From: Marinobacter alexandrii | GTDB taxonomy: Bacteria > Bacteroidota > Bacteroidia > Cytophagales > Cyclobacteriaceae | Length of the DNA stretch: 64,000 nt | Direction of reading: 5' to 3' | Assembly: GCA_039984955.1 (NCBI GenBank) | Contig: JBDWTN010000008.1 | Location: forward strand, 23,506-87,505 | Shown here: positions 55,619 through 64,000 of the stretch, in pieces | Layout of the letters: every line of letters starts with the position of its first letter | Numbering within the stretch: position 1 is the first letter of the stretch | The notes under the pieces: model-generated | What the model saw: only the letters and a program-made list of their open reading frames with translations | The model's database searches: none | What the model was told of the DNA's origin: nothing | Made by a program: the position numbers and the translations under genes

Positions 55619-58498
55619 ATGAAATACCTGAGGTTCTTATTTGTCTTCTTTTTTATGCTTTCGGCAATGATAGCTAACGCAACTCATATTAGAGCTGGCG
55701 AAGTAATCGCTAAAAGGGTAACAGGTCTAACCTATCAGTTTACATTTATTGGGTACCGTGATATTGATGGAGTGCCTTTTGGACAAGGCATTTTTGATTA
55801 CGGAGATGGTAATTTTTATGGAGATGACCCGGGAGAGGGAATTCCTTGGGGGCAAATAGAAAATATAGGAAACGGAGTTGAAAAGTGGGAATTCACACTT
55901 GTGTATACGTATTCAAGTGCTTCGAATTACCTGGTTAGCTACAAGGAAGATTTTAGAAATGCGAATATTCAGAATATATCTGGTTCTGTAAGTACTTCAT
56001 TTTATGTAGAAACTTTAGTAGTTATAGATCCTTTGATAACAAATAGTACTCCTTTTTTTACTGTGCCACCAATTGACCAGGGTGTTGTAGGGGCAATTTT
56101 CGAACATAATCCAGGAGCTTTTGATCCTGATGGCGATAGTCTTTCCTATTATTTCACTAACCCAAAACAAGATGAAGGCTTAGAAGTAAATGGTTATCAA
56201 ACGCTTATAGACCCCTCATTTTATACAAATTTTGCTGAAGGCAATCAGAGTAAAAACGGTCCGCCAACTTTATCAATTGATCCAGTCACGGGCACATTAA
56301 CATGGAATGCACCTGGCGGAGCAACAATACCAGATCAAGAAAACAGGGAGTTCAATGTTGCTTTTGTAGTTGAAGAATGGAGAAGGATTAATGGTGTCTT
56401 AATAAGACTTGGTTTTGTTACAAGGGATATGCAAATTATAATTTGGAATTATGATAATGATCCCCCTGAACTTGAAGTACCTGAGGATACTTGTGTAGTT
56501 GCAGGTGATATTATTACTGGTATTATTACGGGAACTGATCCAGATGGAGACCCAGTTAAGATAGAAGCATTCGGAGGTTCGTTTGAGATTTCACCTGCTG
56601 CTAGTGTAAGGCCCAACCCCGCAGAATTTCAAGGGCCACCATCAATTTTAAATTTTGAGTGGGAAACAGATTGTGGGCTAGTTAGAATAGCACCCTATGA
56701 AGTACAGTTCAAAGCAACGGACAGTCCCACTATTCCAGGAATTACGAATCCACCAGGTCAAGTAAATTTTGAATCGTGGAGAATTACCGTAGTAGGACCA
56801 GCTCCTGAAGGACTTGTAGCTGAAACTCGTCCTGGAAGAAGTATGCAATTGAACTGGGACCCTTACTCATGTACTAATGCAGACTCAATGCAAGTTTGGA
56901 GGAGAGTTGGGGAGTTTGAGATAGACCCTACATGTAATCCAGGAATTCCTGAAAACTCAGGATATGCGCTCATCGAGACACTTGATATTTCTGATACCAG
57001 TTATTTAGATAGTAATAATAATATAGGTCTATCTTCAGGATCAAATTATTGTTACCGCTTAGTTGCATTGTTTCCATCCCCAGGCGGAGGTGAAAGTATC
57101 GCATCCGAAGAAGCGTGTGATAGTTTGCTAATTGATGTGCCTATCATTACAAATGTAGATATTGAGTCGACAAGTGAAACAGCTGGAGAAATTTTGGTTA
57201 AATGGACTCCTCCATATCAAATTAATGCTGCAGCATTTCCTCCAACATATACATATGAAGTTCTTCGAAAAGAAGGTCAGAGCTTTGGAGGCACATTTAC
57301 TTCAGTACGACCACCTTCTACAGACACGACCTTTGTTGATTCAGGATTAAATACAGAAGATATTTCTTATTCATATAGAATTGTTCTCTATGATAATACT
57401 GACCAGCCGGTAGACACCTCGCAGCAAGCCTCATCTGTAAGATTGGAACCGTCGGCCCTTGTCGGAGGAATTAAATTGGATTGGACTGCAAGTGTTCCAT
57501 GGTCTATCAATGTGCAGGAATACCCCTACCATTATATATGGAGAGATAACGTAGTAAATGGGGACCCTGAGTCAATTCAGTTAATAGATTCTGTGGAAGT
57601 AACACTCGATGGTTTAACTTACCTTGATACAGGAGATTTTAATGGAGTTGAGCTGGATGAAGAAACTGAATATTGTTACTTCGTCACGACATTTGGAAGT
57701 TATGATAATGACCTTTTGCCAGAGCCGTTAATCAATAGGTCTCAAATTATTTGTGCTCAACCAAGTGATACGATTCCACCATGTCCTCTCATAGAGGTGA
57801 ATTTCACTTCGGATAGTAATTTTAGCTGTGAGACTCAATTTTCTTGCGAAAGGCAAGCTGCTGGACTTAATCAAGAATTAAGAAATGTGTTGAATTGGGA
57901 ATCCAATATTGCTCCAGAATGTGATGATGATATTTCTTTTTTCAGAATTTATATATCAAGATCAAAGGAAGTTGAGACATTCGTTCTCTTAGATGTAACT
58001 ACTGGAAATGAATTTATTCATGATAGTGACATTTTCAATCAAGGCCTCCCGTTGAACTCACTCGCTTTTTGTTATTACATAACCGCTGTTGACCGATCGG
58101 GAAATGAAAGCCAGATTTCGGAAATTATTTGCAATGAAAATTGCTCTCAATACATTTTGCCAAATGTGTTTACACCAAATGGAGACGGTGTAAATGATAC
58201 GTTCACTCCTTTTACGAACAATGGTGATTGCCCTCGTTTTGTTGAATCGGTTATTTTCAAAGCCTTTAGTAGGGCAGGAGCAGAACTATTTACATACAAT
58301 TCTTCGGATAGGGAAATAGGCGGTGAAGGAACAGTTTCTTCCGAAAATACGATTTTCATTAATTGGGATGGAAAGTCAAATGCAGGAAAAGAATTGCCAG
58401 CTGGAGTTTATTATTACTCAGCTGAAGTAAGTTTTGTTGGACTGAACCCTGAAGGTGATGTTGAAGTTATTAATGGGTGGGTACAGATCATTCGATAA
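55619..58498 (+). CDS. large secreted cell-surface protein with gliding-motility-associated/T9SS type-B C-terminal sorting domain
   Basis: Signal peptide followed by Ig/FN3-like repeats. The C-terminal block ILPNVFTPNGDGVNDTFTP...GVYYY...GWVQIIR is characteristic of the CHU_C / T9SS type-B domain. Confidence 0.85.
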   Translation: MKYLRFLFVFFFMLSAMIANATHIRAGEVIAKRVTGLTYQFTFIGYRDIDGVPFGQGIFDYGDGNFYGDDPGEGIPWGQIENIGNGVEKWEFTLVYTYSSASNYLVSYKEDFRNANIQNISGSVSTSFYVETLVVIDPLITNSTPFFTVPPIDQGVVGAIFEHNPGAFDPDGDSLSYYFTNPKQDEGLEVNGYQTLIDPSFYTNFAEGNQSKNGPPTLSIDPVTGTLTWNAPGGATIPDQENREFNVAFVVEEWRRINGVLIRLGFVTRDMQIIIWNYDNDPPELEVPEDTCVVAGDIITGIITGTDPDGDPVKIEAFGGSFEISPAASVRPNPAEFQGPPSILNFEWETDCGLVRIAPYEVQFKATDSPTIPGITNPPGQVNFESWRITVVGPAPEGLVAETRPGRSMQLNWDPYSCTNADSMQVWRRVGEFEIDPTCNPGIPENSGYALIETLDISDTSYLDSNNNIGLSSGSNYCYRLVALFPSPGGGESIASEEACDSLLIDVPIITNVDIESTSETAGEILVKWTPPYQINAAAFPPTYTYEVLRKEGQSFGGTFTSVRPPSTDTTFVDSGLNTEDISYSYRIVLYDNTDQPVDTSQQASSVRLEPSALVGGIKLDWTASVPWSINVQEYPYHYIWRDNVVNGDPESIQLIDSVEVTLDGLTYLDTGDFNGVELDEETEYCYFVTTFGSYDNDLLPEPLINRSQIICAQPSDTIPPCPLIEVNFTSDSNFSCETQFSCERQAAGLNQELRNVLNWESNIAPECDDDISFFRIYISRSKEVETFVLLDVTTGNEFIHDSDIFNQGLPLNSLAFCYYITAVDRSGNESQISEIICNENCSQYILPNVFTPNGDGVNDTFTPFTNNGDCPRFVESVIFKAFSRAGAELFTYNSSDREIGGEGTVSSENTIFINWDGKSNAGKELPAGVYYYSAEVSFVGLNPEGDVEVINGWVQIIR

Positions 58499-58896
58499 AA
58501 AAGCCAATTATTTTTTTTGATGGAGTTTGCAATCTCTGCAACTCTTCTATCCAGTTTATCCTAAAAAAGGATAAAAAAGAAAGGTTTCTTTTTGCTTCAT
58601 TGCAGTCAGGATATGCTAAGCAAAACTTGCCATATTATTTATTAGGAGATAAGAATTCCCTTCAAAGTATCATTCTCAAAGATGGAGATACAATCAGGAA
58701 AAAAAGCAGTGCTGTTCTTGAAATCTCTAAAAGTCTCTCAGGTCTATTACCATTACTCTATATTTTTATCATTGTCCCAATTTTTTTAAGAGATTGGGTC
58801 TACGATATAGTTGCTAGAAATAGATACAAATGGTTTGGAGAAAAGGATCAATGTATGATCCCGTCACCTGAGCTAAGAAATCGATTTATCGATTAA
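58477..58896 (+). CDS. thiol-disulfide oxidoreductase DCC family (DUF393) protein
   Basis: The N-terminal motif is IIFFDGVCNLCN. The only in-frame start upstream of this motif is the GTG at 58477, which overlaps the preceding gene by 22 nt. Confidence 0.75.
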   Translation: MGTDHSIKKPIIFFDGVCNLCNSSIQFILKKDKKERFLFASLQSGYAKQNLPYYLLGDKNSLQSIILKDGDTIRKKSSAVLEISKSLSGLLPLLYIFIIVPIFLRDWVYDIVARNRYKWFGEKDQCMIPSPELRNRFID

Positions 58897-58934
58897 ATGG
58901 ATTGCCTACTTTTGCAAGGAACAAACATTTACTT

Positions 58935-59813
58935 ATGAGCAAAGCATACGTCTTTCCTGGTCAGGGCGCCCAATTCTCTGGGATGGGAAAAGAACTTTAC
59001 GTTAACCACTCGAAAGCAAAAGAACTTATAGATTCATCTAATGATATTCTTGGTTTTGATATTAAAAGTATTATGTTTTCAGGTTCAGATGATGAACTAA
59101 AACAAACTAAGGTTACTCAACCTGCAATATTCATTCATAGCGTAGTTGCAGCAATTACTTCCGATGATTTTAACCCTCACATGGTGGCAGGACATTCACT
59201 GGGTGAGTTTTCGGCTTTAGTTGCAAATGGAGTTTTAAATTTTGAAGATGGTCTTTCATTGGTTTCAAAAAGAGCGCGGGCGATGCAGAAAGCATGTGAA
59301 ATGCAAGCATCAACTATGGCAGCTGTTTTAGGCCTAGAGGATGAAGTAGTAGAAAAAATCTGCGCGAATGCTGATGGTGTTGTTGTAGCAGCAAACTATA
59401 ATTGCCCGGGTCAATTAGTGATTAGTGGAGAAATTGAAGCGGTAAATGTAGCCTGTGAGAAATTAAAAGAGGCTGGTGCTAAGAGAGCATTGATATTGCC
59501 TGTAGGAGGAGCTTTTCATTCCCCATTGATGGAGCCAGCCAGAGAAGAACTAGCAGATGCAATACAGGACACAAACTTCAATGATCCAAAGTGTCCGGTT
59601 TATCAAAATGTAGATGCAAAAGGATATTCAGACATTGAATCAATCAAAAAAAATCTTGTTTTGCAATTGACTTCACCTGTTCGATGGACACAATGTGTGC
59701 AAAATATGATCGCTGATGGTGCCACCAGTTTCACGGAATGCGGTCCTGGCAAGGTGTTGCAGGGACTGGTTAAAAAGGTAGATAGAGAAATGATTGTGGA
59801 AGGTATTTCATGA
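58935..59813 (+). CDS. fabD: malonyl-CoA:ACP transacylase
   Basis: N-terminal FPGQGAQ and active-site GHSLGE motifs. ATG 58935 is preferred over the alternative start at 58902. Confidence 0.93.
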   Translation: MSKAYVFPGQGAQFSGMGKELYVNHSKAKELIDSSNDILGFDIKSIMFSGSDDELKQTKVTQPAIFIHSVVAAITSDDFNPHMVAGHSLGEFSALVANGVLNFEDGLSLVSKRARAMQKACEMQASTMAAVLGLEDEVVEKICANADGVVVAANYNCPGQLVISGEIEAVNVACEKLKEAGAKRALILPVGGAFHSPLMEPAREELADAIQDTNFNDPKCPVYQNVDAKGYSDIESIKKNLVLQLTSPVRWTQCVQNMIADGATSFTECGPGKVLQGLVKKVDREMIVEGIS

Positions 59814-59962
59814 AGTTCAATAAAGCCATATTCATTTTATTTTTAGGCACAATCCTGATAGGAGCGGAGGGTTGTAAAAAGGGGCCGTCTTCTTCTAATG
59901 GTAAGAACAAAAAGAAAATAAAGAAAGGGAAGCCTATCCCATGTCCAATCAAGGATTGCTGA
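59810..59962 (+). CDS. 50-aa basic lipoprotein (unannotated in the ORF track)
   Basis: The peptide is MKFNKAIFILFLGTILIGAEGCKKGPSSSNGKNKKKIKKGKPIPCPIKDC. It has a signal peptide with a lipobox-like LIGAEG-C. The ATG overlaps the fabD TGA (ATGA) and the TGA overlaps the cmk ATG (TGATG). Confidence 0.5.
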   Translation: MKFNKAIFILFLGTILIGAEGCKKGPSSSNGKNKKKIKKGKPIPCPIKDC

Positions 59963-60627
59963 TGAATAAAATTGTAATTGCGATTGATGGCTATTCAGGT
60001 ACTGGCAAGAGTTCCACAGCTAAACAAGTAGCCTCAAAATTAGGTTATACCTATATTGATAGTGGTGCCATGTATAGGGCTGTTACTTATTCTTTTATCA
60101 CAAATGGAATTGATTTTTTAAAACTAGCTGAGGTTGAAAAAGGCCTAGAAAATTGTGATATTTCATTTCATAACAGTTCTATTTTTCTAAATGGGAAGAA
60201 TGTTGATTTTGAAATTCGAACCATGGATGTCAATCAAAACGTGAGTCAGATAAGTGCAATATCCATCGTGAGAACGAAATTGGTTGAACAACAACGAAAA
60301 ATGGGAGAAGACAAGGGGGTAGTAATGGATGGAAGAGATATAGGGACAATTGTATTTCCAGAAGCAGAGTTGAAATTATTTATGACAGCTAATATGGATA
60401 TTCGAGCAGAAAGAAGAAGAAAAGAATTGGCGACAAAAGGAATTGAAGAAGATCTAGATACCATCAAAACAAATCTGAAAGAACGTGATGATATCGACAG
60501 TAGTAGAGAAGATAGCCCGCTTATAAAGGCAGAGGATGCATTTGAGATTGATACTTCTGATCTAACTTTGGATCAACAGATAGATAAAATTGTTAAAATG
60601 GCCGAATCCATAACATATGAAGGTTGA
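59962..60627 (+). CDS. cmk: (d)CMP kinase
   Basis: P-loop IAIDGYSGTGKSSTAK and YIDSGAMYRA motif. ATG 59962 is preferred over 59941. Confidence 0.93.
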   Translation: MNKIVIAIDGYSGTGKSSTAKQVASKLGYTYIDSGAMYRAVTYSFITNGIDFLKLAEVEKGLENCDISFHNSSIFLNGKNVDFEIRTMDVNQNVSQISAISIVRTKLVEQQRKMGEDKGVVMDGRDIGTIVFPEAELKLFMTANMDIRAERRRKELATKGIEEDLDTIKTNLKERDDIDSSREDSPLIKAEDAFEIDTSDLTLDQQIDKIVKMAESITYEG

Positions 60628-61507
60628 AATTGACGAAAATTCTGGATACTGTTTCGGTGTTGAATTTGCTATTCAAATGGCGGAAGATGAAATGATCGAA
60701 GGACATGAACTCTATTGTCTTGGAGATATAGTTCATAATTCCATGGAAGTTGAACGTCTTTATAACAAAGGACTGAGAACAATTACAAGAGAAGAGCTGA
60801 AGAACCTCAAGGATTGTAAAGTATTAATCCGAGCGCACGGGGAACCGCCTGAAACTTATCAAATTGCTATTGAAAATAATATCGAGCTAGTTGATGCATC
60901 GTGTCCTGTAGTCTTGAAATTGCAAAATCGAGTAAAGAATGCATATGACCTGTCTAAAAATCGGGAAGGTCAATTGGTTATCTATGGTAAGCCGGGACAT
61001 GCAGAAGTAATCGGATTGACTGGGCAAACATCCAATGAAGCGATCATTATTACTGAGTCTGATGATTTAGAAAAGATTGACTTTTCTCGCCCTATTACGC
61101 TTTTTTCCCAAACAACAAAGAGTACAAAAGGCTTTTACTCTATTAAAGAGGAAATTGAAAAAAGAATAAAATCGGAAGGACTGCTCACGGTGGAAGATGG
61201 TTTTAAGGCGAATGACAGCATTTGTCGTCAAGTTTCTAATCGAGAGCCTCATATGGAGAAATTTTCTCAGAAGCATGATGTGATCATTTTTGTGGCAGGT
61301 AGAAAAAGCTCGAATGGGAAGGCATTATATAACGTATGTCTGACATACAATTCAAGAAGTTATTTTGTGGAGAGTGAAAAAGAAATTGATTTGTCCTGGG
61401 TTGAACCAGGCGATTCAGTAGGAATTTGTGGGGCAACATCGACTCCAACATGGTTAATGGAACAGGTTGCAGATTTCCTGAAAGAAAATGAACCAGCAAT
61501 TGCATAA
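60617..61507 (+). CDS. ispH: 4-hydroxy-3-methylbut-2-enyl diphosphate reductase
   Basis: LytB/IspH pattern with GYCFGV (Cys1), ASCPVV (Cys2) and NDSICRQV (Cys3) cluster ligand regions. Confidence 0.9.
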   Translation: MKVEIDENSGYCFGVEFAIQMAEDEMIEGHELYCLGDIVHNSMEVERLYNKGLRTITREELKNLKDCKVLIRAHGEPPETYQIAIENNIELVDASCPVVLKLQNRVKNAYDLSKNREGQLVIYGKPGHAEVIGLTGQTSNEAIIITESDDLEKIDFSRPITLFSQTTKSTKGFYSIKEEIEKRIKSEGLLTVEDGFKANDSICRQVSNREPHMEKFSQKHDVIIFVAGRKSSNGKALYNVCLTYNSRSYFVESEKEIDLSWVEPGDSVGICGATSTPTWLMEQVADFLKENEPAIA

Positions 61508-61647
61508 TTGACCAAACCATATGATTATAATTTGGTTTATTTCCAAAAGCTATAAAACAAGGTTTTTTATTGAAAATTAGACCGAGGTTAAATCTGATAT
61601 TGATTAAGTTTGCCTCGTTTTTTTAGACGTTCTCCCAAGTAAGAAAT

Positions 61648-63012
61648 ATGTCTCAGACAATAAAGCTGAAAAAAGGTTTTGACTTGAACCTAGCCGGAAA
61701 GGCAGAAAATAAAATAATCGAAGTACCTCAACCGGACACTTACGCGCTTAAACCGACTGATTTTGCAGGTTTAAGTAGGCCAAAGTTGTTGGTGAAGGAA
61801 GGTGATAATGTGAAAGCGGGATCACCACTATTCTTCGAGCGGAATGAAGAAGATATTCTGTATACATCACCAGTGAGTGGTGAAATAGTCGAAATCAAGC
61901 GAGGTGAAAAACGCAAAGTACTAGAAGTTAAAATTCTTGCAGATAAAGAAATAGAGTTCGAGAAATTCAAAAAGTATTCTTCATCTGATATAAATGGAAT
62001 ATCCAAAGAAGATGCGCTGGATCAATTAAAAAAATCTGGAGGATGGTTGAATATCATCCAAAGACCTTACGGGATTGTTGCGAATCCTGCCGATTCTCCA
62101 AAGTCCATCTTTATTTCAACTTTTGATAGCAGTCCTCTTGCTCCGGACTATGCCTACATACTTCAAGGGCATGAACAAAACTTTCAAGCAGGAATTGATA
62201 TTCTTAAAAAATTCACAGCTGGTAATGTTCATTTGAATATCAATAGTAAAGCTGAAGTATCTCAACTTTTCTCACAGATGAAAAACGTTGAGGTTAACAA
62301 TATTACAGGACCGCATCCTGCGGGAAATGTTGGCGTACAAATTCATCATATTGATCCGATAGCGAAAGGAGATGTTGTTTGGACGGTGAACCCTATTGGT
62401 GTTGCAGTGATTGGCAAACTCTTCACTGAAGGTATATATGACACCTCGAGACTGGTAGCACTTACAGGGTCTCAAATGAACGAACGAGGATATACTAAGC
62501 TATTCGCAGGAGCATGTCTAAATAAGATAAGTGAGAAGGCGGAAGGAACAGATAACCGATATATTTCGGGAAATGTATTGAGTGGAGAAGGTATAGGAGC
62601 TGAGGGATACCTCGGTTACTACAGTAATCAAATCACTGTCATTCCTGAAGGGAAGCATGAGGAATTTTTAGGATGGATTAAACCATCTACAAATAAATTA
62701 AGTTTCCACAAGGCGTTTGGAATGTTGACTTTTTTAAATGGAAAGAATAAGGAGTTTGAAGTAAATACAAACACCTATGGTGAAGAAAGAAATTTCGTGA
62801 TCAGTGGAGCATTTGAAGAAGTAATGCCTATGGATATTCTCCCTACTTATCTATTTAAAGCAATCTTGGCTGAAGATTATGATGACATGGAGGCACTAGG
62901 AATATATGAGGTGATTGAAGAAGACGTTGCTCTTTGTGAATTTGTAGACGTTTCCAAGAATCCAATTCAGGAAATACTTAGAGAAGGAATTGAACTAATT
63001 AAAGAAGGATAG
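61648..63012 (+). CDS. nqrA: Na+-translocating NADH:quinone oxidoreductase subunit A
   Basis: The N-terminus KLKKGFDLNLAGKAE... is typical of NqrA, and the gene is immediately followed by nqrB. Confidence 0.9.
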   Translation: MSQTIKLKKGFDLNLAGKAENKIIEVPQPDTYALKPTDFAGLSRPKLLVKEGDNVKAGSPLFFERNEEDILYTSPVSGEIVEIKRGEKRKVLEVKILADKEIEFEKFKKYSSSDINGISKEDALDQLKKSGGWLNIIQRPYGIVANPADSPKSIFISTFDSSPLAPDYAYILQGHEQNFQAGIDILKKFTAGNVHLNINSKAEVSQLFSQMKNVEVNNITGPHPAGNVGVQIHHIDPIAKGDVVWTVNPIGVAVIGKLFTEGIYDTSRLVALTGSQMNERGYTKLFAGACLNKISEKAEGTDNRYISGNVLSGEGIGAEGYLGYYSNQITVIPEGKHEEFLGWIKPSTNKLSFHKAFGMLTFLNGKNKEFEVNTNTYGEERNFVISGAFEEVMPMDILPTYLFKAILAEDYDDMEALGIYEVIEEDVALCEFVDVSKNPIQEILREGIELIKEG

Positions 63013-63017
63013 CAGGA

Positions 63018-64000
63018 ATGAAGTTTTTGCAGAAAAAATTCGACGATTTGAAGCCACTTTTTGAAAAAGGTGGCAAATACGAAAAGTTCTACCCGCTATA
63101 TGAGGGGCATAGAACTATCTTTTTTGCGCCTGATATAATAACAGGTAAGAAAGGGGCACAAATAAAAGATGCAACGGATCTAAAGCGTTTGATGATGACA
63201 GTTATCATCGCAATGATACCTTGCCTCATTTTTGGCATGTGGAATGTTGGTCATCAGCATTTTATAGCAACCGGAATTGAGGCATCAATCCTAGATAAAT
63301 TCTGGATTGGCATTCTCAAGGTAGTACCAATAATTGCCGTCTCTTACGGTGTTGGGTTGATGACGGAGTTCACTTTTTGTGTGATCTACCAAAAACCTGT
63401 TGAGGAAGGATACTTAGTAACTGGAATGTTAATTCCGCTCATTATGCCAGCAACTATTCCCTTGTGGCAAGTTGCTTTAGCAACCGTATTTGCTGTAATA
63501 ATAGGCAAAGAGGTCTTTGGAGGTACCGGGATGAATATCTTGAATGTTGCCCTAACAGCAAGAGTGTTTTTATACTTTGCTTACCCTTCACAAATCTCTG
63601 GTGATGTGTGGACGTACTTTGGAGATAAAACTCCGGTAGATGGGTTTTCTGGGGCAACCATTTTAGCATATGGTGCCGAAGCGGCAGGTAATGGAACGAA
63701 CATGATGCAACTCGCATCCAACCATTGGTACTCAGGCATGTTTGATTTTTGGAACATGTTTATTGGAATAATACCTGGAAGTATTGGTGAGACATCAACT
63801 TTAATGTGTTTGATAGGAGCAATAATACTAATTGCTACAGGTGTAGGGAGTTGGAAAATTATCCTAAGTGTTGTTTTAGGAACACTAGCTATGGGCGGAC
63901 TTTTCAATCTTACGGGCGGAAATAGTTTTATGGAAATGCCTGCGCATTACCATTTAGTGATAGGTGGTTTAGCTTTCGGAGCAGTATTTATGGCGACTGA
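63018..64000 (+). CDS. nqrB: Na+-translocating NADH:quinone oxidoreductase subunit B (3' end outside window)
   Basis: ATG at 63018, frame open to the window edge. The translation is MKFLQKKFDDLKPLFEKGGKYEKFYPLYEGHRTIFFAPD..., a polytopic membrane protein. The FMN-attachment-type region GFSGATIL is visible near nt 63640. Confidence 0.88.
   Translation, partial: MKFLQKKFDDLKPLFEKGGKYEKFYPLYEGHRTIFFAPDIITGKKGAQIKDATDLKRLMMTVIIAMIPCLIFGMWNVGHQHFIATGIEASILDKFWIGILKVVPIIAVSYGVGLMTEFTFCVIYQKPVEEGYLVTGMLIPLIMPATIPLWQVALATVFAVIIGKEVFGGTGMNILNVALTARVFLYFAYPSQISGDVWTYFGDKTPVDGFSGATILAYGAEAAGNGTNMMQLASNHWYSGMFDFWNMFIGIIPGSIGETSTLMCLIGAIILIATGVGSWKIILSVVLGTLAMGGLFNLTGGNSFMEMPAHYHLVIGGLAFGAVFMAT

Noticed and set aside
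1-64000. Search for CRISPR arrays, rRNA/tRNA genes, intact IS elements, prophage blocks or known defence-gene signatures.
   Set aside because: No regularly spaced direct repeats, no cloverleaf-compatible segments and no intact transposase or integrase were seen. No nuclease, helicase or methylase clusters were seen by eye. Only the two mobile-element remnants listed were found.

Overview
AT-rich chromosomal segment of a Bacteroidota-type genome. Supporting this: a T9SS C-terminal sorting-domain cargo protein, a b558-type sdhCAB operon, an nqr operon, TAnnTTTG-like promoter boxes and mostly SD-free leaders. Layout: (1) 1-17.5 kb holds a TPR hybrid sensor kinase, an EcsC-like protein, a membrane desaturase, a VIT/vWA/DUF2135-like protein, then a cation-transport neighbourhood. 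That neighbourhood contains a CPA-type antiporter, a 1681-aa ORF, a coupled 97-aa ORF and mgtE. (2) 17.5-27.5 kb is a decayed accessory zone. It has three AraC-type regulators, a frameshifted NmrA-like gene, a chimeric NADP-oxidoreductase/PD40 ORF, remnants of an HUH (IS200-like) transposase and of a serine-recombinase HTH, and a lectin-like metallophosphoesterase. (3) 27.5-43.7 kb is a complete dcw cluster (mraZ-rsmH-ftsL-ftsI-murE-mraY-[extra ORF]-murD-ftsW-murG-murC-ftsQ-ftsA-ftsZ). (4) 43.7-64 kb holds PadR plus two FtsX-type permeases flanking plsC, a thioredoxin-fold protein, sdhCAB, a T9SS cargo protein, a DCC-family protein, fabD, a tiny lipoprotein ORF, cmk, ispH, nqrA and partial nqrB. 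The most unusual item is the 1681-aa ORF. It fuses a complete SLC12/CCC-type cotransporter homologue to a long coiled-coil, a P-loop (AAA+/STAND-like) ATPase and a winged-helix tail. The dcw cluster is also atypical. A family of C5/G5 hairpin plus G-tract repeats fills four of its internal gaps, and two of those copies lie inside micro-ORFs that bridge the flanking genes with overlapping stop/start codons. An extra helical ORF is spliced seamlessly between mraY and murD, and a phased AAAGTGG operator-like repeat lies upstream of mraZ. All functional calls come from reading motifs in the translations; no database search was possible.
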